A stretch of DNA of 52,280 bases from Callorhinchus milii (lineage: Eukaryota): contig NW_024705350.1 in the NCBI RefSeq assembly GCF_018977255.1, positions 1-52,280 of the forward strand. The letters are read 5' to 3'. The notes beneath the pieces were generated by a model that ran no database searches, was not told the DNA's origin, and saw nothing but the letters and a program-made list of their open reading frames with translations. This document shows, in pieces, positions 28,880 through 41,000 of the stretch (position 1 is the stretch's first letter; every line of letters begins with the position of its first letter). Position numbers and translations under genes: made by a program.

Positions 28880-28884
28880 ATTAC

Positions 28885-29007
28885 CTCGATGACGGCTTGT
28901 AGCTCCTCGCCGTACGTCTGCTTGTAATGCTGCTTGATGTTCTGGAGGTCGACCTCGGAGCGGGAAACCAGCACGCGGATCAGAGTGTTCTCATCCGTGC
29001 CCAGGCC
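28885..29007 (-). CDS. ANXA4: Annexin coding exon 11 (123 nt)
   Basis: cagcag|GLGTDENTLIRVLVSRSEVDLQNIKQHYKQTYGEELQAVIE|gtaatc. Confidence 0.95.
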
Positions 29008-32000
29008 CTGCTGGAAGAAAATTGAGGCTCCGGATTATATTCAATCCTTAAGACGACCGAGCATTTCTCGTTACAGCCGCTGTCGGTCATCACCGCGACT
29101 CACCTTCATCGACTTGTGCAGTTTGTAGGCGAAGAATTCTTGCACGTTCTTGATGCACTTCACTGCGACAAATAGAAAGAAACGTTGGTTGTGTTTATGT
29201 TGTGCACAAGCCCCTTTTTTGTCAATTGACTGCTGGATGAAGGTCCTCTGCAAGCTGTCTCAGTTGTGGGGGGGGGGGGGCTGTGTGACCATACTTCACC
29301 TTGCGGGTTGGTGAAGTGGGAGACGGTTCACACACCGTGCTACAAAGTCAGCCACCCGAGATTGAGCCCCCTTACATGGCTAACATCAGTGGCGAGTAAT
29401 ATCAGAACCGGCCCTTTGGTCCCCCCGCTCTTCAACCTGCGTGGTGAAGTATGGTCAACCCCCGTGAGCAAACTGGCATGGGTTGGCCCTCATCCGGCAG
29501 TGGATTGAAACAAGGACTACATTTTGACTTAACTTTCGTGACTGCAGGAATTCATATTCTTTGGTTCTTTCGGTAAAGTCACGTTAATAAAATAAAATAA
29601 AAACCACGACGTTTCGATCACAACACGAGCGGTCTGATGACGACCGTTTGTGTTGCGATTGAAAAAAGGGGAAATCTATTATATTTTGCTACTGGCAAAG
29701 GAGGCCTCATGATGTGAATGCTTACCCCGAGCTCTCATTACTCTGATAGTGCGTTGTCTTTGAGTTGTGCGCCTTTTGGCGTCATCTGGTCGGACACCGT
29801 ATGAGACTGGGCTCTAAAGAAAGCTGTCTCTGGTGTGGACCAATCAATTTCAAGGACAATGCACACATTATCAGAGTGTGTTTTTTGTTCGCATTCTGAC
29901 CGCAGGTATTGTGGTTAATGTAAACATGATTCTTTGTTAAAAGGTTTCAGTTTTGTTGCCAGAAAAAAGGGGAAAAACCTATTATTAGATATTTATACAA
30001 TTAGGGTTTTGTTTGTTTATCCAAAGCTTTCACATTAAGTTGTTATGAAGCCAGGGGAAATGTTGCCCTGGGTGGTTGAATGCGTGAGCAGTGTTTGTGC
30101 TTGATAGCAATTGTATTACACCCGCACGCAAGCAGTGGATGAAGCCTGCCAACAAATTCACCACGCACATACCCGAGGGGCCAGGCCCTTCAGGGATGTT
30201 TACCTTCAAGGACAGCTCATTCATTGGCTTTTTTTTTCTAAATGAGCAAACGGTACGGTCACAAATTGCATGTACACTTACAGCAAGCACACAACGCGGG
30301 CGGGGACACACAGAGCACATTGTTGAGGCCGCTCAATGTTCGGACCGGAGCTGTCAGCTTGCAACTCTCTCTAAGGCCCACGTGGTGGTGTGTCGTGCCG
30401 GAGGAAGCCATCACACAATGCCACTGTTGTGTCTCTATGGTGCTATAACATAAACTTGCCACCAGCGGCGGCGATAGGCATAAAGCAAAGTAAGCACAAG
30501 CTTAAAGCCCCCAAGTAGCTCACGTGGTCCCGGATTCGTGAAAAGAATATACAGCGTTGGTACACTAAATATCTCACATTTATAATAAACACGAGGTCAT
30601 TAACATAGCCCTATGAATCTCTCATGTTTAGTCGACTTTTCTCGTCTACACAGCATCGCGAGGTTTGTCACTATTTCTCTTATCTCACAACATCTCTGTC
30701 ACCAGCTTACTTTAACAAAGGACTACCCCCATCATCTCCGTGCCCAGCACAGTGGACCCACACTGAACGCCACAAAAGTGACAACGCCCTCAGTGATTAT
30801 CCTGGGTCACGATGACTGCAGTGGAAGCACGCTGACCACAAATGCTGATTAAAAGTAACACTTTTTTTTAATGTCAACAGACATTTAATATACATCTCCA
30901 TTATCTTCAGCACCCGCGATTTATCCATTGCAGGATGAAGGCCTTCCCAAGCCGTCCAACAACCGTCACCACGGCGCTTGTGCCAGGCTAAGTGCATTTT
31001 AAGGCCACGTGAAGTGTCAAACACCCGCTGACATGTCACGGGACGCACCCAGGTGCCATGGGTTGACTGACTGAGATGACTGGCTGATGCACCACCTGTA
31101 GTCCCTACTGCGTCAACTTGCTGTTTTATCCGCCCAGCGCTCCTCTCGTTGTTGTGAGCCGTCACCACCCCCTTCACTGGCACGGGATTCAACAATCCAC
31201 CAAACTCCTGCACAGGAGCCGATTTCATCGCTTCATCTCCTCCGTGGACGGACCCACGGACGCGTTCCCTGCTTTGGACCATCGGCCATCATCCCTTCTC
31301 ATGATAAGCCCTGTCCAATCTCAACTGCCTTTCTTTAAACAAAACATCTATTCTGTTTATAATTTCCATCATCGCCTGATTCGTGTTTTTCTTCATGGCA
31401 GCGTCATTCATGCATCGGTCTTTCCATGCTTGTGCTTTCATCATCAGCAGTTCCATTTTCCTCGTCATTTCCCATGTATTACGATCTTATTTCTGCAGGT
31501 TAAAGGCGCAGCCGTGAAATTACTTGCTCACTTCACACTGCTGGTGGAAGGGCCTCCACAATCCGAAGCTCTCGGGCAGTGGCTCTTCACCTGGGGTGCA
31601 CGCACCCCCTGGTGGTGCGAGACTTGGGAAGATTTTTTTCGAAGGTAAATCATCGAAACACAAATTAAGCACGGGCACGCAAGTACAACTACAGCACTTT
31701 GTTTCATGAAACCGATGTATTTATCAATTTTTTTTTTACGATTGAGAAGCAAAGGGGTTCAAGGCCGCAGTAAATGTTGAAGAAGCACTGCTCTAGAGGG
31801 GCCACCTCTAGAAGGTGTTTCGGCTTCCACGCTGGCCAGATGTCTTAGCGAAGAGGCGCTAGTCACACCGGCACTTCACACAAAGCGTACGCAGCCTTCT
31901 TCCTGCGGTCAACTCGTTTATACCGCCGGGCGGACAAAGGCGGCGGTCGGGGGGGCGGATTTGAAGAAACTCGCGCCGCTGTTTCAACTGCCGCTACGGG

Positions 32001-35000
32001 AGATCGACTCGAACCGGCGACCTCTGGGTGGCAAGTCCTGCGGTGTTGCCAACCCCCCCCCCCCCCCACGGCAGCTTCCACTTCCTATACTCGGGCAGCG
32101 ATGAATGTAAGGGCCCCTGTACTGCCAGCCGCGTGTTGAGACGTGCACAGAGTGGCCACAGCAGCGCACCTGCGAGTTGCACACAGGGCCTTTGAAACAA
32201 TGAACAATGGACTGTGCCCATTATTTACACGGCTCGCACGGTGTGGTGGGGAGGCCGTCGTCCAGCAGTGGATTGACAACACGGGCTAGGCATGTGCACG
32301 TGCACAGAGGCAGATCGAGAATCTCCTATGGGGGGTTGCGGTGGGGATGCAGTTCCAAGCTTTTTACAGGAATAATATAAAAAAAACATTCAATGTATTC
32401 AAGGGTGCCGCGGTGGCGAGATGTTAACTCCCTCGCCTGCTGTGCCGGTGGTCGTCGGTTCGATCCCGATCCCAATCCTGACGCCCGTATATTTGGAGTT
32501 TGCGTGTTCTCCCTGTGGTCGTGTGGATTTTTCTCCGGGTTCTCTGTTTTTTTTCCCCCCTCCACATTTAGAATCATGCGCAAAGAGTACTTGGCTGCTA
32601 GAAGTTTCCGCTTGATAAGCCACTTTGTTCAGCTATCATTTGTGGCCAGGTCTCTTCTGAAAAAGAGCCATTGTGCTCAGCGGGCCTTACCTGGTAAAAT
32701 AAAAAATAAACTTGTTTATAGTTTTGATTTTCCTGTAATTTTTTTATACAAATTTCCGTGGTCTTGGGGGGTAAGCCTCTGGGGCGGTGATCGTCATCGT
32801 TCACCACCTGGGATCCCCCACTCTGCATTAGGTGCAGCATTCCCTCGTTATTCGCGAGGGATAGGTTCCGGAGATGGTTGTGAACAGCACATTTCACAGA
32901 TAACGATATTGACCTCACAAGCTACATTTGTAATGAATTACCTTAAATACATAAATAAGCTATGAAGTGCATTGACATTACCCCATCACTTTCTCACATC
33001 ACATTATCTGTCATCAGTTTATTGCATTACGTTTTTTCTCTCTTGATGCAGCAGTCGTGTAGAGTTACGGATAGCCAAACACCGCGGATAGCAAGTCCGC
33101 GAATAACGAGGGAATGCCGTCCATCACATGTGCATTTCCATGGGATATTTATCCTGGCTCTTTTGCAGCATTCATGTTAAAGTGTATTCGTATCACGAGG
33201 TGAGAACACGAGAGACCGGGATAGTTTAATCTTCAAGAGTGACCTTGTGTCACCGGAACGACACAAGAAGCCGTGAGATGGATGTAGTACGACAATGAAT
33301 CAAGTAGAAAAATGGGCGTGAAAAACAACTCTTGTGTTTGGGATAACATTTTGTTTGTAGGGTGTTGTTGGATTCCGTGGTTATGCTATCAACACAGACG
33401 CGGTACGGAAGTCGGATTCTCACCTGTTATTGGTTTTCCCAGGATTGCCCTCTTATAATAATAATAAATATTTCACTCATCCGACTTGGGAAATCTGTAA
33501 GACTTCCTGGGACACTACTGTTACCCACCACAATGCTTAATCACAATCATCATCATCGTCGTCATAAAACACCACTCGAGCCAATTCCTTTACACGTAGT
33601 TCGCCACTCTCACATTATCGCGAGACATGATTCCTGCCATGATGCGGCCCGTTTGTTTAAGAGCGTGCCGAAACACCCCAACAGACGACCACAGAGGGCT
33701 TCAAGCCAAACTGCTGGCGAGCGACCACCTTCCTGGCTGCCTTCCCACGTTGTCTGCGGTTTCCCCTCTCCGCGCCTGCGTCCGCGCGGGAAACGAACCA
33801 AAAAAAATTCAACAGCGCATCTCATCCCCCGCCAGCCCACCCCCTCCCGACCGAGATGCAATTTCTCACCAACGCTATATAAAATCTAAAACACGATTGT
33901 GATTTTTTTTTCGTTAAACAATTTTTCAACCTGGGAGGTGGTGGCCACCCTATAATGGCGAGAGATTGTGACTGGCCGGGGGGGGCACGGGGGGGGGGAC
34001 ACGGGGGGGGCACGGGGGGGGGGCTCGGGAGGGCCGCGGGGGGGGGGGTGGGCGCGGGGGGGGGCTGCGCGGGGGGGGGGGCACACAGACTCGTTGGCAC
34101 CCCTTCCCAAAGGGCCTGCGATTGTTTCTGTAGCGCCGCTCGTTGGCTGTACCGTCAGGCACCGTAATCCCCTTTCAACCTCCTCGTTTCTGCTCAAAAG
34201 CCTCTTTTGTGTGTTTTGTGTGCGTGCAGGCAGAGATCGGTGCAGTGGCTGAACAAGATGTGCATGCCAACTCGCTGAGCCCCCGCTCAATTAGGGAGTT
34301 AGTGGCATTTTCCAGGAAATTTTACGTAAGCTTAAGATGTGTACACGAGGCGTCTACTGCAAGTCTGTTGTCAGAGACTTCTGGGAATGTATCTGTACTA
34401 AGTTACCCAATCTAATGTTTAGGCTTGAATTTAACCACCAATCCTAATGTAAGAACCTATACTTCGATCATATTGTCATCACCATCATCAATCTTCCCAA
34501 GCTGGTTCTATTTCCCACAATCCTTAGATTGTGTAATCCACCTAGCGCCTGCACATGACCTGACTTCATCGCTCCATCTCCTCGGTCGACGTCCTTTCAG
34601 ATGCGGCCCGTTGAGCACAGGCCCCAAAGGCCCCAAAAGCTTCCAGCAACAAACAGCACAATTAAAGCTGTAATATATAATAGCGCTGCATGTTTGTTGC
34701 ATGTATGCTTGTTGAACTTCATTTGCACCGTACATTGACAAACAGGATTATCGGAGGTGCAGAGGAAGGACACCAAACTAAACACAAAAAGCAGTTCTAA
34801 AAAATGAGTCTTCAATCTATATTTAAAAGTGCATAGCTCCAATGGCTTTCGAATATCGGATGGAAGAGCGTTCCAGACAGCCGCAGAAGGACATATAAAA
34901 GTGTGCGATGCAGTGACCGTCTTTGCTCGACGGGCAGCCAAAAGTCACTGAGAGGATGACCATAGTTCACGTGATGGTTTATGCTCTTTGACGAGATCAG

Positions 35001-38000
35001 CAAGGCATTTTAATTAATTTGTGGTGAGAATTTTGCGTGTCATGAGTGCGACCTTATGATGTATTCGTTCGGTAACCCGAAGCCAATGAAGCTCGGCGAG
35101 CACTGGACAGAAAATTGTGCAAGGTTGTAAGAAGTTGGCGGGGGAAAAATACGATGCGAAAGAATTCCATAGCGGAACGGTGCGAGAGCAGAAGGAACAG
35201 ACAGACGGGCTTGTGACCTGCCGTGTGGTGAGTGAGAGAGAGTGTTGCTCTTGTGGGGAGCGGTAATGCAGCGGTAAGCGCTACGCTGCGCTACGAACCT
35301 GGCCACCTGGATTCTATTCCCGCTCACGGCCAACACCGGTGACGATTATCTGAACCGGTCCTTTGGCTCCCCTAGGGCAACTCAGCCTCAAATGACGACC
35401 TAGAGCGGTGTGTAAATATCATCACTGGGGAGACAAAGGCGGCCGGGCGTGGTGCTGGCCACCCACCCCATCGTGTGCCGTGCTGGCCTTCATAAATGCT
35501 CGCTAATGGCGCTCGCTCCTACAGTCTGTTTAGGCTACACGGGTGATCTTTATCCATGTGTTCTTGTGAACTACGATGCGGTGGGTGAGCACCGTGTGGG
35601 ATGAGATGAAATCAGTCAGTCTGGCAGCCCGAGTCCGTGCTTGGGAGGCAACAACTCTCACCTATGGCCAGCAAGGCATCTTCAAACGAGCCGGCCGTCT
35701 CGCTCTTGATGCTCTCCTCGATGTCTTTGTTGGTCATTGTCTTGTAGGTGTCGAACACTGAGAAGACAACGCGTGCACGCGTTCAAACACGTGACCGATG
35801 CATGCGCACAGCAGCGGCGCAAATGTAGGGAGGTGCAGTGGCAGGGTGATTAGCTCACTGCGGCTAGCGGCCCAGTGATCCGAGTAAAATTTTGGCCACA
35901 TTTAACATCAGTGGCGAGCGATATCTTAACCCGTCCTGGCTGTCCCTGCTTCACCAACCAGCACCGACCAGCATGGTGAAGTATGGTCGCATTTCCCCCA
36001 TCGCTGACGTGGCGTTGGGAGGTCTTCATCAAGCAGTGGATTGACACAAGGGCCGTGCATTATCCTTGCAAATGTGATTTGTAACTCTCATCCTGACCGA
36101 TCTATGAAAGCTACATTTGAATGTGCACTGATATCAAGGGACTGTGCATTGTCTTGGTGTGGTCTGGGCCGTTTTTGATGTCGTTTTGCTGCCTTGCCCA
36201 AGCTGGGGAATTTGCGTACTTATGCAATTTGAATATCTGAACTAGTCCTGGGCCTCTGCTAGGTCGACTCGACCTCAATTGAGTACCTGCTGCGATGTGT
36301 AAACATCGTCACTGGGGAGACAAAGGCGGTCGGGTGTGGTGCTGGCCACCCACCCCTCGTGTGCCGTGCCGGCCTTCACAGGTGCTACTCGTTAGCAGCA
36401 CTTGCCCCAACAGTCTGTGAAGGCTACACGGCGACCTTTGTCTCCGTTTCGCCACATTGCAAGGGAGTCGTGGGGGGGGGTGATACGCACCGCGGCGCAG
36501 GTGGTGCACATTGCGCACGCACAGGATCGTGATGAAGGCTCCCTCGTCGGTCCCCCACTTCTTCTCTCCCGCCTCAAGCAGCTCCTGCGGAGTGAACCCG
36601 ACCAGCGACAGAACAAACCAACGACTCACGAGTGACCCTCCGGCTCAGGCGAGCATTGGGGCGGTGCTCATCCCCGTTCGCGGCGCCGAGCCGGTTGGTG
36701 GACAATCCAGCGTTGCTATTATGAAGCCCCCCAACGCGTGGAATGAAACGTCGGCATCATAAACATTTTTTGTATTTTACCAGGTAAGGCCCACTGAGCT
36801 ATATATAGTTATCTTTTTTTCCAGAAGTGACCTGGCTCTCACAAATTATAGCTGAACGAAGTGGCTTGTCATCATGTGGAAATTTAAAGCAGCCTAATAA
36901 TCGAAATGCGTGATGTTGATTCTAAATGTGGAGGGGAAAACCGGAAGACCCAGAGAAAATAATCCGTGGCGACCATGGCAGGAGGGCGAGTCTCTCCATC
37001 AGACAGCCATCGTTGACTTCCCCCGCAAGGTCGTATTGGCTTTACCGAGCCCAGGGCGATGATGGGCTGAGTCAACCCTCCAGCCAGGAGGGTTGACTCA
37101 GCCAGGAGGGTAGACTCAGCGCTAAGGTGACGAGATGTCATCTCCCTCGGAGGTCCCGGGTTCAATCACGACCCTGACGGCTGCTGCTGTACATTTGGAG
37201 TTTGGGTGTCTCTCTCCCCGTGGTCGAGTGGACTTTTCTCCGGGCCCTCCGTTTTTTTCCCATCACAAGTGGAATCAACATCACGCGTTTAGAGTAAGTG
37301 GCTGCCGTAAACTTCCACACGATTCTAGATTTGAAGCTTTCGTGACTGCAAGGATTCATATTCTTAGGTTTTTTCGGTAAAGTCACGTAGGTGAAAAATT
37401 TAAATTTTATTTTACTTCCACACGATGACAAGCCGCTTCGTTGAGCTGCATTTGTGGCCAACTTGCTTCTGAAAAAGAGCGAATAGCTCAGTGGGCTTTA
37501 CCTGGAAATATGAAAGTAGTAAAATATATATTTGAACTCGCAACCGCATCGTTCTGAGCTACTTGCTCTATGGCTGAGCCACCGTTTCAGTGAGCCGCGT
37601 AAAGTATTAATCATTCGCATGCTGCCCTATTGTCCTTGGCCATCGATCTGTGCGACTGGTGACCGATGACAGAACGAAATGTCATAGAAGTGAAGGCATT
37701 CATCAGATATCGCAAATACAAAACAGTTCATAACCGACGTATTTAAGGTGTTGGGTTTTCATAGCCACTTATACACACTTGTTTTGGGGTTAGGCCACAT
37801 CATTGTGTTATGGCATAATTCTTGTCATCATCCCTCAATCATCCCAAAAAATTGGCACGTTTACAAAGATATTATTGCATGTGCCAATGCATTGATCAAC
37901 GTATGACATTTTGCTCAGACTGCTTTGAGCTTCAGGCGATGAAGCTCAAAACAATCCTGCGCCGAGTTGACGGCGGAGGAACCCCGCAGTGTGGAGCAAG

Positions 38001-41000
38001 CGGATTGGTGGCTGGAGATGAGTGGACACGGTGCGAGGTGTGACGAGATGTGATTGGCGTTTGGGGAATAAGGGGACAGGGATGAGGGGAGGGGGAGGGA
38101 ATGGGAGAGGGGACCGTGAGGATAAGAGGGCACGTGGGAGGAGGGACGAGGGAGAGAGAGCTGTGGATGGAGAGGAGAGGGCTGCGTATGAAGGAGGGAG
38201 CTGTGTGTGGAATACAAGGACTGGAACCCTTGCTTTACCTGCCTCCGTGTGTTGGTGAGGAGAGTGTCCGCTACAGATACATTGGCCACGTATAAATAAA
38301 ATTGTAATACCGTTGTAAACGTGACAATCTTGTCGGGTGGTGGAGGGTGAACGACATTAACTTTGGCATAAAACCCCCATCCACGTGGTCTCGTACAAAA
38401 AAAAAACATGGATCACATTCAAGGTGTGTTTCCAGTCCTGGAATGACCACTTAACAACTTAGCAAGAGTAATTTATCGGTTGTAAAATTTTTAACATTGC
38501 GGTTTCCGCACCCCGTCACCCCCCATATTATTCCATCGTTTTGGTCGAGTTTGCTACGTACGGTTGAGTTTAACCATCATTGCGTCTACGTAGGATTGAG
38601 CTCACACGTCATCGTGTCATTCATCTGCATGCAATTTCCCGCCATTGCCGACCCGAGCTTGGGCCCCGTGACACAGATCTCCGTGGCTCATCGCGATCTT
38701 CCAGCGTCCACCAAGCGCCTGCGTCTGCATCACTTCCACGAGCTGGCAGTTCGGCGAGCGCGCTGCCTTCCGCGGTCTGCGTTATCGGTTACCTTCGCGT
38801 CTTTTTCCACGAGCTCTTGGTCCACGAAATTCCCTTCGTCCCTGTTCGCCTGGACACACAAACAAATCGGATCAAAACGTGCGCTCGGAACGTTTACCCC
38901 GACACGCGCCGACGCTCGGAATGTCGCCTTTTTTGTCGTCGTTTAATGAATGCGTCTTACCTGCCGTGACGTACGGATTGTATCGCACCACCAGTTTTGT
39001 GCGTGGCGGCGCAAAGCGTGCGATTACTTCGTACTCAAAGCTTCAGGGACTGCAGTCGTCGCACGGATCGCTGGCGGTGCGTACGAAAACACGGTCCCCT
39101 TTCATGACCTCGCCTGTCGCTTCACTTTTGTCTCCGCCCGGTGGGCTGCACCAGACGCTCGCCTCATTGGGGTGCCGCGGTGGCGAGATGTTAACGACCT
39201 CACCCAGTAGACAGAAGGTCGTGAGTTCGATGCCGACCCTGATGCCTGCTGTATATTTGGGGTTTGCATGCTCTCCCTGTGGTCGTGTGGATTTTTCTCC
39301 GGGTCCTCCGGTTTTCCCCTCCACATTTAGAATGAACGTGCGTTTTGAGTATATGCACTTTTAAATCCAGATTGGAACCTCATTTCTTTAGAACTGCTTT
39401 TGCATTAAGTTTGTTGTCCTTCCCCCGCACCTCTGATTAGCACGTTTGGCTACGTACAGTGCAAAACACGTTCAACATACATCCATTCCAGTTCTACCCC
39501 TGCTTCCCTTGCTTAGTCCTCCAGCTGCCCTGCAATCCTCCAATATCACGGCAAGACACGACAGCAAAGTACATCCGAACTGTGCTTCATCTCTCACGGC
39601 TGTAGATTGCCGGCAAGCGCTATGTTGATGTGACTGAGAATTCGGAGTGGAATGTGTCGCGAATGAAGCGATCCCATCGCGGTGCCAAGCCGCGCACACA
39701 CCTGCAGCAGGGCCACCAGGACACGGCGCAGGTAGCTCGAGGTGTCCGAGGCGATGTCATCCTCCAGCTTGTTTCCATACTCTGAATGGTAAAAGGACGG
39801 ACATAATTTCACGTGCAATTGATGATGATGATCATCATTTTAAAAGGTTTCAGAAAACTTGACTGGTTCACAGCGAGGCCGATTCTGCTGATGAGACGGT
39901 AAATGCCAAAGCCGGCCCAGACTTCGCTTGTGTTGCACCAATGCTGCGACGGATGAGATGCACTCCGAGAGGTTGTTGTCATTGTGCCCCTGATGATCGT
40001 TGGCAGGATGACACCAACACGCCCTGAATGACAACTTCTGAACAACAACCTCTGAATGACAACGTTTTGCCACAATTTGAGCTCCGGAGTGATTCATCGC
40101 CTCCCCACACCACGCAGCCTCCTATCGAGACGTTGGAAGCTAAACGAAGGCCAGCAGGCGGTGTTAGACCACGCCGCGGGCCGAACTGGTTGGAGATCAC
40201 GGAACTGACCTTCCTCGTACACGTGGCTCATGGCGTTGATCTGCTGCTTGGTGCGTGAAGCCAGGATCTCGCTCAGGCAGCCTTCATCTGTCCCCGCGCC
40301 CTGCCACGGTGAACGGCATTAACATACGCGGGAATCGACTCACGAAACGTATATCGCCTCTTCCCCATTACAACTTTTGAAGTGCTGGGAGCACGATGTG
40401 CGTCACTTCGCTTCACGCGATGGGAGCTTCTTTCATGCTGAAGAAGCCCCCAACATCATAGCCAACTTTTAATTTCACCAGGTAAGGCCCACTGAGCAGT
40501 ATAACTCTCCTTCAGAAGCGACCTGTCCACAAATGATATCTCAATAAAGTGGCTTATCACGTGGCAATTTATAGCAGCCAAATATTCTACACGCAGGGAA
40601 AAACCGGAAGACCCGGAGAAAAATCCACGCAACCACGTGGAGAACATTCAAATTCCTAATATACAGGCATCAGGGTCGGGATCGAACCCACGAGCTCCTG
40701 CATACCAGGCCAGGTCATTAACATCTCGCCACCGTGGCGTGCTAACCCTAGGAAGGGACTGAGCAAAGGGGAATCAATCAGGCAGGTGCATTATGGCAGT
40801 ATAAAGGTTGGTATTCTCAAGGTTACAAATACGTAATGTGCACAATTATCACTCGGAGGCACAGGAAACCACAGATAACCGGGAAGCCAACCGCAACAAT
40901 TGCCCAAGCTCTTTGGACCGATATTGGCATGTCTGGCCAACTCTATCAATGTGGGAGAAAGCTGGAGCACCCGGAGAAAACCCATGGGTACAAAGGGAGC

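Noticed and set aside
32393..32965. 190-aa ORF
   Set aside because: Runs through a SINE and a MITE; similar peptides recur at each SINE copy.
33822..34290. Pro-rich and Gly-rich ORFs
   Set aside because: Translation artefacts of the G-tract repeat.
38690..38760. Possible duplicate of exon 7 (shared TTCCACGAGCT)
   Set aside because: Match limited to about 11 nt; no annexin-like translation or clear donor.
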